A DNA stretch of 64,000 bases, from the NCBI RefSeq assembly GCF_009914755.1, contig NC_060938.1; one strand, given 5' to 3'. Each line of letters opens with the position of its first letter. Within the stretch, counting starts at the first letter, position 1. Below the pieces are notes generated by a model, which searched no databases, was not told the origin of the DNA, and worked only from the letters and a program-made list of their open reading frames with translations. The position numbers and the translations under genes are program-made. Positions 1 to 14,065 of the stretch are shown here, piece by piece. Source of the DNA: the human T2T-CHM13v2.0 reference genome, Homo sapiens.

Positions 1-34
1 GCTAGAAGAAAAAGGGACCTTAAAATTTCATGTA

Positions 35-329
35 GGCCAGGCACAGTGTCTCATGCCTGTGTAATCCCAGCACTTTGGGAGGCCAAGGAGGGAGGATTCC
101 TTAAGGCCACAAGCTCAAGATCAGCCTGGGCAATGTAGAGATACCCCATCTCTACAAAAAACAAAAACATTAGTTGAGCGTTGTGGTATGCACTTTGTAG
201 TCCATGCCACTCAGGAGGCTGAGGTGAAAGGAACGCTTGAGCCCAGGAGTTTGAGGTTACGGGGAGCTATGATTGCACCACTGCATTCCAGCATGGGTGA
301 CAGAGCAAGTCTCTGTTTCAAAAAAAAAA
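35..329 (+). mobile_element. Alu (AluJ-like)
   Basis: Dimeric Alu, A tail, TSD ~TCATGTA. Confidence 0.95.
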
Positions 330-764
330 GTCATGTAGTTGAATGCCTATTTAAAAAGTAGTAAGACTGAGGTGAAGGAAAGCAAAATAATGTGCCTGTT
401 GATGCCTGATTTGTGGCTTCACAGTTTGGATGGACAGAACCTGGGTCTCTTTATTCCTACATCATTGTTAGTAGTTGGAGTGTACTATCTTCTTGCCATC
501 TCAACTGAGTAGAGAGTATATCATTGCAATTGTCATTAGCTATGGTAAAAATGATACTAACAGTCCATCCAGTGAGGTTTTAAGCATATTCCCTCTTGCC
601 CTTGGTTGCATTAAATTTTAGTTTTGATTTTATCTTTCCTGTGCAGTGTTTTATACAATCTGACTTAATAGCATTGTTTTATAGCATCTGACTTAATATT
701 ACCTAATTATCTTGTTAAATCTAAAAATATATTTATAGAGATCAGCGAAAAGCCATGAAATTGA

Positions 765-1124
<360 letters not shown>

Positions 1125-1248
1125 TGACTAGTTTATATGTCTCTATTTTTCATTTACTACACAAATTGACTAGCATTTTAGTATAATGAATAATGTGCTT
1201 CAATGATTTTAAAAATTGGCATCACTTTGTTTCCTTTTCTCATTCAAG

Positions 1249-1359
1249 GATATTTCTTTAATGGGAAAAATGTACCTCAAAACATCACCTATGCAAGCAG
1301 AAACACCTGAGATACAAGCAGAGTATAAATTCCAGATGGGTGCTGAGGAATCGCAAATG
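1249..1359 (+). CDS. TTC6: Internal coding exon A of host gene (DISLMGKMYLKTSPMQAETPEIQAEYKFQMGAEESQM); tentatively TTC6 N-terminal region
   Basis: Pyrimidine tract + AAG acceptor (AG 1247-1248), donor GTAAAG at 1360; 111 nt, phase 0-0, in frame with the next exon. Exon structure is well supported; the gene name is recalled, not verified (~0.6). Confidence 0.8.
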
Positions 1360-2711
1360 GTAAAGTCTTTAATAAAAATCCTCCTTGCCTCTGTTAAAGT
1401 AACAGCATGCTTCCTGTTGCTTGAATGTTTATATAGAGAGTTAAAAAAATTTCTCTGATGTATTTTAGAAGTGTGTTTACCTGTGAGAGCATCTAACTCG
1501 ATACCACACTGGGAGTCTTGGCCATTTTGGCTCACTGTTGCTGGCTACCATGGACCTTCTGAGCTAAGGCCCCAGACTCTTTTTAGAAGGGGAGGACTTT
1601 AACAATTCTGATTTAGAGACATTTAGATCTAGAAGGTAGGTGGATAATTAATTAAAAATTGTTAGCTTCTAAGAAAGCATTACTTTTGTCTGTATTCAGC
1701 TAGAAGAATTGTTAAAAGCATTGCAAGGGGAGAATTTGGTTGAGAAATATGGACAGTTGGTGACAGAAATTTGTTTTGGAAATAAATCTTTCTTTTTATC
1801 CATCATTGGTAAAATAACCATTGAATTCAAAGCAATCTGGAACATATTCCTTGTGAATGGAAAGTATCTCCTTGTGTATAGAAACTCACATTTACATAGA
1901 AAAGTGATAGCCTGATGGTCAGTTCCTCTACAAAGAGTTCATAAAATGTTACCATTAAATAACAAGCTCCTGTGGTTCCTGGAAATATGACCCCCACATA
2001 CATAAAATCGTGATCATATTTCATTTTTAGGTTAGCATATCATGTTCAGAAAGTGCATGGAATTTTTTCTTTTCACAAAAGCTATGGGTCCTATAATGTT
2101 AGAGTTACCACAAATGGTAGAACTACTGGAGTTTGAGATGCTTTGGGCCCATATATTTTTCTCCTTTCTATTCTTATCACTGGCCTTATGATCCAGCATG
2201 AGATGGTACTAGTAGCCCTTTGTAATAGTATGTGGATATATCAATTAGGAAGGCTTACCACATATGCTATGGACTTAAGACTGACATCTAGGGTAGCTGC
2301 CTCTAGTTGACACCGTTTACAAATATATATCAAAACTTCTGACCTCGACGCCTCTAACAGGTATAGTAAACTGAAAGTACAATATCAGTTAGGTTTAGCC
2401 AAATAGAAATCTTCATTAATAGAATAAACTTAATACCATTCACTACATTCATATAAAGTATAAGGAAAGATACCATTTTGAAGGAAACTGTGAAAAAGGC
2501 CAACAATCAGATATTTAGCTTAGATATCGTCTTGATTATTTAAAATAAAGAGTTAAACAAAAATATTAATTTATTTGTAATTCTGCTGGAACCATTCCCT
2601 AAGCATTGACATTTACAGGCAATCACTGGACCTCTTCTGGCCTCTGGCTTTTTATAAGGAAGCTGACCCACTTCTTTAGAGGTAAAATACCTTTCGACTT
2701 GGTACCGGGTC

Positions 2712-2978
2712 ATGGATGCTTCCATCCATCCCCCCTGCCCTCAGACATCAGACTGCAGCTTCTTTGACCTTTGGACTCTTGGACTTATACTAGTGGTTTG
2801 CTGGGGGCTTTTGGGCCTTTGGCCACAGATTGAAGGCTGCATTGTCAGATTCCCTACCTTTGAAAATTTTGGACTTGGACCGAGTCACTATTGGCTTCTT
2901 TCTTCCTCAGCTTGCAGAGGACACACACACAAACTAAGTACAAAAAAAGATATATCCCTTGTAAAGATGTGAGTCAAG
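2712..2978 (+). mobile_element. MLT2 (ERVL LTR) internal fragment
   Basis: GACATCAGACT..CTTTGGACTCTTGGACTTA..AGTGGTTTGC..GGCCACAGA.TGAAGGCTGCA..CCTCAGCTTGCAGA..TGTGAGTCAA. Confidence 0.8.
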
Positions 2979-2989
2979 CCAATGGAGCA

Positions 2990-3290
2990 GCTGAATGGCT
3001 CCCTGCTAAATATTCAAATGTCCCCCACCCTTTTGCAGTTAGATGGGGTCATGTAGCTGTTTGTGGCCAATGGGGTGTGAAGGAAAGTGATATGGTCACT
3101 GTTCTGTGGTGACCATAGAAGCTGTGTTCTGGTGTGAAGGAACTACAGCCTGGAAGCAGCCTAGATGGCTGAGCTACCATGAGAAGTATACCTGCCCTAA
3201 AGAGCCACTTTGATTTGTAGTGAACACACTGCTCCAGTGTGTCGAACCACTAATTTTTTTTTTTTGGTTGGGCATAGCCTATCCTGATGA
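2990..3290. mobile_element. Old MLT1 (MaLR) LTR fragment
   Basis: CCCTTTTGCAGTTAGATGGGGTCATGT...TGGCCAATGGG.TGTGA motif typical of old MLT1 LTRs. Confidence 0.55.
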
Positions 3291-3848
3291 CCAGTGACAA
3301 AAATGAGGCTAAAAAAGTTTAAGTAACTTGGCTAAGGTCAAACATCTATTAATTAACAGATCCAGGATTTGAATTCAGTCCCATCTGGTTAAAAACATTT
3401 TCTGAATCTTTCCATAACACCATCCAGTAGCTTTATAAAAACATGAGCTCCTGCTTGATGACTTGTGATATGGAAAAAAAAAAGAACCAACATGAGTTCA
3501 AGATTAAAGTTCTATTTTACAAAATTAAATTTCTTGGCATACCTTCTTGCATAATAAAGAAAATTTCATAGTATTTGGTATTGTATGCCATCTTTTACCC
3601 TTAACAACTGTGGGGTGGCTGTAGTTTCTGAGACAAGGGCTGAGGAAAATAATTTGCCAGCCTTGACATTTTTCTTAAGTCAATTTGAGCTTCTCTTTCT
3701 AAATCTTCAGAGGAAACTCATCACCTATGCTTAGTTTCAAGCATGCGTTTTCATATTCATCTTGTCAGATAGAAACTGTTGCATCACTGAAAAGCCTAGA
3801 AGGACCAATAAAAAAAAAGCATTCTTGCACATTTACTTTTTCCAACAG

Positions 3849-4055
3849 AGCGTGCATAAGGAACTTTCTGAAACCATGTCAAGTATTCTCCAGATTGAAC
3901 AAGAGGATATAGAATGGGGACCCTCAGAAGCAGAAAGCATAGTATTTAAACCTCAGGAAATTTCGCAAGTTCAGCCAGCAGAGGAATTAAGTAAACCTTT
4001 GGAAGATGGACAGCCCACAAGTGATTCAAAAGAAGCCAAGTGGGTGTCTTTAACG
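3849..4055 (+). CDS. TTC6: Internal coding exon B (SVHKELSETMSSILQIEQEDIEWGPSEAES...KWVSLT)
   Basis: tttttccaacag acceptor, ACG|GTAAGA donor; 207 nt, phase 0-0; acidic, non-repeat ORF. Gene name tentative. Confidence 0.85.
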
Positions 4056-4547
4056 GTAAGAAACTATTTATGTTGGAAACACCTAAGAGTTATGAGAATT
4101 GAGGATGTGCAGGTGTGAAGAATTGGCCCAGGCAAGGACCAACGTATGGGGCTGGGGGCGGGGGTGATGGTGTGTTCACTCTGAAAAGGGGGCCTCAGAA
4201 GTGCAAGTTGCCCACTTAGGAAAAGGAAACATGTTTTTTGAGGGTTTCTAGTGTCAACCCTAATTGCAACTCTGGGGAGAGGAAACATTTTCAAGGAGGG
4301 AAGGAATTTTTAGGTCTTTTAGAAATTGGCCAAGAATCTTCTAGTTACCATCTCGAGGAAGTCAGGAATTGTAGTCTAGGAAATAGAACTTGGTGAATTT
4401 TATAGCTTTTATAACTTTACCTCATTTAGGTTCATACTAACCCCTGAGTCTTTTTCTACTGTGAGGATGTTTACAAGATTCATTTTATCCATTGTTTACA
4501 TAATTTTTATCATATTTGCATATCACCCTGCCTTTACTGTAGGGTTT

Positions 4548-4890
4548 AAGTTTCCTCTTATCCTTGGCTTTACTTTCCGAGGCTTTGGTTAGTTGTGGTC
4601 AACTGCAGTGTGGAAATAGGTGAATACACATAGGACAATAAGATATTTAGAGAGAGAGAGAGAGATAACATATTCACATAAATTTTATTACAGTATGTTA
4701 TAATTGTTCTATTGTATTATTAGTTATGGTTGTTAATCTTATACTGTGCTTAACTTATAAATTAAACTTTATCATCAATATGTATGTATGGGAAAGAGCA
4801 TAATGTATATAAGGTTCAGTACTATCCAAGGTTTCAAGCATCCACTGGGGTTTGGAACATATGCCTCACAGATAAGGGAGGATTGTTGTA
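4548..4890 (+). mobile_element. MER44A-like (TcMar-Tigger) DNA element
   Basis: CCTCTTATCC...GAGAGAGA..CATATTCACATAA.TTTTATTACAGTAT...GCATCCACTGGGG..TTGGAAC.TAT..GATAAGGGAGGA. Confidence 0.85.
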
Positions 4891-5899
4891 TTAATTCTTT
4901 TCATTAATTTGAGTCACTTTTTTTACTTAAATAAATTTATTTAAAAATAGATATATTATTAGCATTAAAAAAACAGACCCTTTTCCTTGAACCACAGCAT
5001 ATCATCTTGATTATCACCAGAAATCCTCTCCCACACTGATTCAGATGGATGCCTCTCTGGGTAATTCCTCTACTTCTGGGTCTCCCCTCCCCACCAATGA
5101 TTATGTTCCCAATACGCTTCACTGAGGTCAACTGGCCATTCCTCATTCTTCAATTTTTGCCCGAGACTCCCAACTCTGAAACCTGGGATTTGTCTGTGGC
5201 CTTCCTCTTCACTTGCTGTTTACATATAAATCAATCTCCAAGGCTTGGAATTTCCCAAATGTTATTCCCAAATGTTATTTTTCTTCTCTTTTCTAGTTAC
5301 CCCATCCTAGTCTGGGTCCTGGTGACCTTATGTCTGAATTAATGCAGTGGTTATTCTTCATTTCTCAAGCCCTGTTTTCTCAGGTTTATCCTACATGACA
5401 CTAGCCTATTGATCTTCCATGAATAACAGGTAATAAGGAAGATCCACAAGTAATAGTTGACCAGAGGAAATCCACCACTGCTTCCAGGGACAAGGGTCTT
5501 ATCCTGTGGTTGGTGACTGACCCCATCAGTCATGCTCTTTACAAAGCATGCATTTGGATGTTTCTAAGAAGCATTCTAGGAAGAAGGTTTTGATCAGAGT
5601 GACTTGGTGAATGGATTAAAAAGACTCTAAATTGAAATGAGAAATGTTTCAAGGGGAGAGAAGAGAATGTCTAATAAAATATTATGCCTTATTGTTGTGG
5701 GATATTGTGGGACCCTTCAGAAATGCCCTAAAATAGCACTGAACTATTCCCACCAAGTCTTCTCCAAGAATCATATATTTATTTATTTGTGTTAACATCT
5801 CAAGATCAGTTGTTATCCATGAACTTTACACTGTATGTGGACATTTGAGTCCATAAAGTTAGTTTCTAGCATTTCTGCTCAAAATGTTAGCAGAATGAC

Positions 5900-7612
5900 G
5901 AACAATATACTCCAGCAAGCCTGGCCAGGTTGAGGATTAAGGGGACAAGAAGACCTTTTCTGACATGATTAAACAGAAGTAGCACAGAGGTGTAATAAAG
6001 GAACAATGCAGGACTTTAATTGCTCAGATATATGTTGGAAGGTCTTGTTCAGCAGAAAAAGTAGAGAATTTGATCAATCCTTACCTAATTGGCCATTTCT
6101 ACTCTTAGAAGCTCGTTAGTATAATGAAGGTGATTGGTATTTTTGTCTAAATCATGACGAACAAAAGAAAGTTAGATAGAAATAATAGTGATTCTGTGAA
6201 GAAATAACTGACACAAAGCCAATAATAGGATGGTTGAACATTTTAGAAGATGTCAGTGAAAGTCTATAAAAATATAGATATGATCACATGACCTGATATT
6301 ATAAATGGAAGAAAGTTTAACAGGTATGGGGATGTCCTGAATCTCCCAAATTCTCACAAAACATGTATGAGTAATCTATTGCATTTAGAGTTTTAAAAAT
6401 ATCCATAGAAATGCATATCCATAGAAAAATATAAAGGTGGCATGTTGCTATGAAATTGTACCAAGAAAGCCGAGATCCAGAATGGGTTTAGTCCTATGAA
6501 TAATGTTAAGAACAAAAACAAGTATTTTTGATGTTAGTTTTGGAGCAAAGAGAGGGGGAATAAAAAGAAAGATAACTCTGTCATATGGATGAATAGTGTG
6601 ATGACAAGAGATGACAGCTGCCTTAATTTATTTTTGGAAAAAGGTTGAGGTTTTAAATAAACAGAAGTATAACAAAGAGAAAAGGAAGCTGATAAACTTA
6701 TGCTTTGTGTCTTTTAAATCTGACAGGGAGAATGATCTTTAGAAAGAAGAATTCATAATAGAAACTTAAAGTCCAAGATTTGTAAAAGATTTTAAGAGTT
6801 AACTTGAATATCTGAGCCTGCTGGATGGCTCAGATAGATGGGTTTAAGCTTGTTGCACCTTTCAGCAGCAGCTTTGGGGAGCTGCTGCAGTGGGAGAGGT
6901 GCCAATGCCTGGAGAGTGGCAACTGCAAATATGACTTTTATATTTTTTTAAGTGTAAGGGTTGAGATTTCTGCAATCTATGCATTGATCTTGGACAAAAC
7001 TCTAGAATTATTAAATGACTCATTAAAAGAATTGTGTTTGAACCCTTCTAAAAGGAAGTGGTAATCACTTGGAGTATGGGTCCCTTAAGGATAAGCCATG
7101 GAAGACTAACCTCATTTATTTTCCTAGAATTCCTAGACTGAATATCATAAAAATGTTAGACCTGGTGTTCAACATGAGTCTCGTGGGAAGAGCACAGGCT
7201 CTGCAACTAGATGTCCAAGGACCGAATCCTCTCTTTACCCTTTACTAGTAGTGTGACCTTAGGCAAAGTACTGAACTCTACTATATGTCTGTATTGTAAA
7301 ATGAGGATAATGACAGTGCCCACCTCATATTGTTTTTGTGAGGATTATATGTAAATGCTACAATATAAAGCACTTAGAACAATGCCTGACATACAGAAAA
7401 CTCAATAAACATTAGTTATTGCTATTATCATTGGAATATCAGCAACCTGCTTATGAAAGCCTCCCAATGTTGGTTTTGTAGAGGAGATTGTCGTCAGGTG
7501 GACTACTAAATGGATTTGTAACTACTTATGCAAAGGATGCACAACTAGTACATGGAAGTCTCGTGGACTGCTACAGGGCTGTGTCCAATTCAATAAATTT
7601 CCTAATGGTTTA
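5900..7612 (+). mobile_element. Ancient L3/CR1 LINE relic (continues at ~7987-8040 and ~16960-17070)
   Basis: Degenerate CR1 RT-like motifs (GAAGTGGTAATCAC..AAGCCATG..AGACTAACCTCATTT; CTGATTGAATTTGTAGAT; ATGTGAAAAACTT.AG.GTTTT). Recognition is approximate. Confidence 0.5.
7165..7430 (+). mobile_element. MIR SINE
   Basis: Core TGTGACCTTAGGCAAAGT..TGTAAAATGAGGATAAT..CCTCATA..GTGAGGATT..AAAGCACTTAGAACAATGCCTG. Confidence 0.85.
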
Positions 7613-7617
7613 GATGA

Positions 7618-7981
7618 TATATTAGTCTGTTTTCATGCTGCTGATAAAGACATATCCAAAACTGGGAAATTTACAAAAGAAAGAGGTTTAATGGGCTCAC
7701 AGTTCCACATGGCTGGGGAGGCCTCACAATCATGGTGGAAGGTGAGACGTGTGTCTCACACGGTGGCAGACAAGAGAAGAGAATGAGAGCCAAGAGAAAG
7801 GAGTTTCCCCTTATGAAACCATCAGATGTTGTGAGACTTATTAACTACCATGAGAACAGTATGGAGGAAACTGCCCCCATGATTCACTTATCTCCCACTG
7901 GGTCTCTCACACAACATGAGGGAATTATGGGAGCTACAATTCAAGATGAGATTTGGGTGGGGACAAAGTCAAACCATATCA
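7618..7981 (-). mobile_element. THE1 (MaLR) solo LTR
   Basis: TATTAGTCTGTTTTCATGCTGCTGATAAAGAC...GAGATTTGGGTGGGGACA..AAACCATATCA; 5-bp TSD GATGA (7613-7617, 7982-7986). Confidence 0.92.
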
Positions 7982-10900
7982 GATGAGAAAATGGAAAACT
8001 TGCTGATTGAATTTGTAGATAGCATCAAAAATTCTACTGGTAAGATTTGTCTGGAGAAGGTGGAGCAAGATGGTGGAATAGAAGGCTCCATTGATTGTCC
8101 CCTCCACTCCACAGTAAACCAGGACACAGAACCTGACTGTAACTTCATATCATTGAAAGAGACATTGAAGACACAGGAAAAATAGTCTTGCATTGCTGAC
8201 ACCACCCCTCCCTGACCCGTTGGCAGCAGAGGGGTGGTGCAGAGAGTGTTTTTGTGCCCTGGGGAGAGGGAGAGCCAGCAAGTGTGAAGTATTGAACTCA
8301 GTGCTGTCTTGTTATAGCAGAAACCAAAACTTAACCAAACTCAGCTGGTGCCTGCCCACAGAGGGTGCATTTAAATGAGCCCTAGCCAGAGAGGAATAGC
8401 TGATCTCAGTGTTCGGAGCTTGATTTCTTAAAAGCCTTGCCACCACAGGCTAACATGCTTGGAGGCTCCAAATAAATTTGAAGGGCAATGTAGGCCACAA
8501 GTACTGCAACATGTAGGTAAGTCCTAGGGTTGAACTGGGCTCAGAGATAGTGGACTAGGGAGGCATGCAACCTACTGAGACACCAGCCAGGGCAGCTAAG
8601 GAGTGCTGGCATAACTCCTCCCCTAACCCCAGGCTGCATAGCTCATGGCTCCAAAAGCGACTCCTTCCTTTTGCTTTAGAAGAGGAGATGGAAGAGTGGG
8701 GAAGACTTTGTTTTGCGTCTTACATACCGAGCTCAGCCACAGCAGGATAGGGCACTGGTCAGTGTCATGAGGCCCTAGCTCCCAGACATTTCTAGACATG
8801 CCCTGGGCTGCCTTGAAGAGAAGGACCCAGTTGTGGTAAGATTCATCACCTCCTAACTGAAAAGTGCTTGGGCTCTGAATAACTAGAAAGGATACCAGTT
8901 GAGGGCCTTGGGTGAGACCCTGAGACTTGCTGGTCTCAGGCGAGACTCGGCACATTCCCAGCTGTGGTGGCTACAGGGTGAGACCCCTGCTTGAGAAAAG
9001 TGGAGGCAAAAGTAAAGAGGACTTTGTATTGCACCATAGGAACCAGCTTGGCTATAGGGGAGTAGAGCACCAAGTGGGCTCTTGGGGTCCTTGAGTCCAG
9101 GACTTGGCTCTTGTACACCATTTCTGGACCTGCCCTAGGCCAGAGGGAAGCCCACTCCCCTGAAGGATGAGTCCCAGGACAAGCAGCATTTACCACAAGC
9201 TGACTGAAGAGCCCTTAGGCCTTGAGGAAACATTGGCAGGAGTCTGGCAATACTCCTCGTGGGCCTGAGATGGCGGTGGCCACAGGGAGAGGCTTCTCTG
9301 CTTTTGAAAAGTGGGGAGAAGAGTGGGAAGGATTTCATTTTGTGGTTTGAGTGCCAGTTTAGCTGTAGTGCAATAGAATGCCAGATGGACGTCTAAGGTT
9401 TTTGACTCTAGTCCCTGGCTCCTGGATGGCACCTCTGGTTGCACCCGGGGTCTGAGCGAATTTGCTGCAAATGACATAGGTCTGGCTGGTTTTGCCACCT
9501 GCTGATCGTAGAGCTCTAGGTCTTTGAGCAAACATAAGTAGTGGCCAGGGAGTGGTTATAGCAGGCCTTGAGCGAGACCCAGAGCTGTGCTGGCTTCAGA
9601 TCTGACCCAGTGCAGTCCTAGGAATAGGGGCCACAGGGGTGCTTGTGTCACTCCATCCCCAGCTCCAGTTGGCTCAGGGGAGAGAGAGAGAGAGAGAAAG
9701 AGAGAGAGACTTTGTTTGTTTAGGACAAAGTAAAGAAGAGAACAAGAGTTTCTGCCTAGTAATTCAGATAATTCTTCCAGATCTTGTTCAAGACCATCAG
9801 GGTGGTACCTCTATGAGTCTGCAAGTACCACAGCATTACTGGGCTTGGGGTCCCCCGCCCTAAAGCAGATACAGCTGAGATCACAACACCCAACTCCTTT
9901 TGAATATCTGGAAAGCCTTCCCCAAAGGGATGGGTACAAACAAGCCCAGACTGCAAAGTCTGCAATAAATACTTAGCTCTTCAATGCCAAGACACAGACA
10001 GATATCTACAAGTATCACAATGATCCAGGAAAACATGACTTCACCAAATGAACTAAATAAGGCACCAAGGGCCAACCCTGAGAGAAATAGAGATATATTC
10101 AAAATATATAGAGACATCAAAATACCTGTTTTGAAGAAACTCAAAGAAATTCAAGATAACACAGAGAATCAATTCAGAATTCTATCTTAGAAATTTAACA
10201 AAGAAATTGAAATAATTAGAAAGAATCAAGCAGAAATTCTGGAGTTGAAAAATGCAGTTGGCATACTGAAGAATGCATCAGAGTCTTTTAGTGGCAGAAC
10301 TGATCAAGCAGAAGGAATAATGAATTAGCTTAAAGACAGGCTATTTGAAAATACACAGAGGAGACAAAAGAAAAAAGAATAAAACACAATGAAGCATACC
10401 TACAAAATCTATAAAATAATCTCAAAAGGGCAAATCTAAGTGTTATTGGCCTTAAAGAGGATGTAGAGAAAGACATAGAGGTAGAAAGTTTACTCAAAGG
10501 GATAATAGCAGAGAACTTCCCCAACCTGAAGAAAGATATCACTATCCAAGTACAAGAAGGCTATAGAACACCAAGAAAATTTAACCCAAAGACGGCTACT
10601 TCAAGACATTTAATAATTAAATTCCCAAAGGTCAAGGATAAAGAAAGGATTTCAAAAACAGCAAGAGAAAAGAAACAACATACAATAGAGCTCCAATATG
10701 TCCAGCAGCAGACTTTTCAGTGGAAACCTTACAGGCCACAAGAGAGTAGCATGACATACTTAAAGTGCTGAATAAAAACAACTTTAAACCTAGAATAATG
10801 TATCTGGTGAAATTATCCTTCAGACATGAAGGAGAAATAAAGACTTTCCCAGACAAACAAAAGCTGAGGCATTTTATCAACACCAGACCTGTCTTACAAG

Positions 10901-12138
10901 AAATACTAAAAGGAGTACTTCAACCAGAGAGAAAAGCATGATAATGAGGAATAAATAATAATATGAAGGTACAAATCTCACTGGTAATAGTAAGTACACA
11001 GAAAAACAGAATATTATACCACCATAAATGTGGTGTGTAAACTTAAGTAGAGAGACTAAATGATTAACCAACAAAAAATAATAACTATAACAAGTTTTCA
11101 AGATATAAACAGTACCATAGATATAAATAGAAACAAGAAGATAAAAAGCAGAAGAATAAAGTTAAAGTGTAGAGAATTTATTAGTTTTTTTTCTTTTCTG
11201 CTTGCTTGTTTGTGTGTTTATGCAAACAGTGTTAGGTTGTTCTCAGTTTAAAATAATGGACTATAAGACAGTATTTGGAAGCCTCATGATAACCTCAAAA
11301 CAAAAATCATTCAACAGATACACAAAAAATAAAAAGCAAGAAACTAGATCATATCACCAAAGAAAGCCACCTTTACTAAAAGGAAGACAGGAAAGGAAGA
11401 AGGAAGAGAAGACCACAAAATAACCAGAAAACAAATAACAAAATGGCAAGAGAAAGTCCTTACTCATCAGTCATAACATTGAATGTGAATGGACTAAACT
11501 CTCCAATCAATAGACACAGAGTGGCTGGAATGGATTAAAAAAATAAGACTGATTGATCTGTTGCCTACAAGTAATGCACTTCATCTATAAAGACACACAT
11601 AGACTGAAAATACAGGGATGGAAAAAGATATTCCATGCCAATGGAAACCAGAAAAGAGCAGGAATCTCTATACTTATATCAGACAAAATAGATTTCAGGA
11701 AAAAAACTATAAGAAGAGAAAAAGAAGGTCACTAAACAATCATAAACGGGTCAATTCAGCAAGAGGATGTAACAGTTTTCATTATATATGCACCCAACAC
11801 TGGAGTGCCCAGATTTATGAAGCAAATATTAGGGAGTCAAAGAGGGAGACTCCAATACAATAGCTGAAAACTTCAACATCCCACCTACAGCATTGGACAG
11901 GTCTTATAGACAGAAATTCAACAAAGAAACATCAGACTTAATCTGCACTATAGAGCAATGGATCTAATGGATGTTTATAGAACATTTCATCCAATGGTTG
12001 CAGAATACACATTCTTTTCCTTAGCATGTGGATCATTCTCCAGGATAGACCATATGTTAGGTCACAAAACAAGTCTTAAAACATTAAAAAAACCCCACCA
12101 ATATTAAACATTTTCTCTGACCACAATAGAGTAAAACC

Positions 12139-12495
<357 letters not shown>

Positions 12496-13644
12496 CTATA
12501 CACATTGAAATTAAACAATGTGCTTCTGAATGACCAGCAAGTCAATGAAGAAATTAAGAAGGAAATTGAAAAATTTTTTTGAAACAAATGATAATGGAAA
12601 CATAACATACCAAAACCTGTGGATGCAACAAAAGTAGTACTAAGAGGGAAGTTCATAGCTGTAAGTGCTTACATCAAAAAAGAGGAAAAACTTCAAATGA
12701 ACAATCTAATGATGGATCTTAAAGAACTAGAAAAGAAAGAGCAAACCAAACCAAAAATTAGTGGAAGCAAAGAATAAAGGTCAGAGCAGAAATAAACTGA
12801 ACTGAAATGAAGAAAACAATACAAAAGGTCAATGAGATAAGAAAGTTGGTTTTTTGAAAAGCTAAACAAAATTAATAAACCTTTAGCCAGACTAAGAAAA
12901 GAAGACAGAAGATCCAAATAAATAAACTCAGAGATGAAAAAGAAGACATAACTACAGAAATTCAGAGGATCATTAGTAGCTACTATGAGCAACTATATGC
13001 CAATAAATTGGAAAATTTAGAAGAAATGGACAGATCCCTAGACACATACAATCTACCAAGATTGAACCGGAAGAAATACAAAACCTGAACAGACCCATAA
13101 CAGGTAACAAGATCAAATCCATAATAAAAAGTCTCCCAGTAAAGAAAAGCCTGGGACCCAATGGCTTCACTGCTGAATTGAAAGCACTAACACCAATTCT
13201 ACTCAAGCTATTCTGAAAAATAAACTAGAAGGGAATGCTTCCAAACTCATTCTATGAGGCAGGTATTATCCTGATATCAAAAGCAGACAAAGACACACCA
13301 AAAAAAAAAAAAAAAAAAAAAAAAAGAAAAAAAGAAAAAGAAAACTACAGGCCAATATCCCTGATGAATATTGTTGGAAAAATTCTCAACAAAGTATTAG
13401 CAAACTGAATTCAACAATGCATTAAAAAGATCATTCATGACAAAGTGGGATAAATCCCACTTTGGGATGCAAGGATGGTTCAACATATGCAAATCAATTA
13501 ATGTGACACATCCTAGCAACAGAATAAAAGACAAAAACCTTATGATCATTTCAATTGATGCTTAAAAACCATTTGATAAAATTCAACATCCCGTCATGAA
13601 CAACAAAAAATGTCAAAAACTGGGTATAGAAGGAACATAGCTCA

Positions 13645-14065
<421 letters not shown>

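Noticed and set aside
2540-2725. Minus-strand ORF MEASMTRYQVERYFTSKEVGQLPYKKPEARRGPV as a retrogene fragment
   Set aside because: No recognisable homology, poly(A) or TSD; its start lies in the MLT2 fragment.
6398-6428. Small direct duplications (ATATCCATAGAAA here; TCTGACTTAATA at ~659/687)
   Set aside because: Common short local duplications with no sign of function.
7878-7892. DUX4 sites in the two THE1 LTRs (also ~33841-33852)
   Set aside because: Both deviate from TGATTCAATTA (TGATTCACTTA and TAATTCAATTA), so DUX4-driven antisense promoter activity is not supported.
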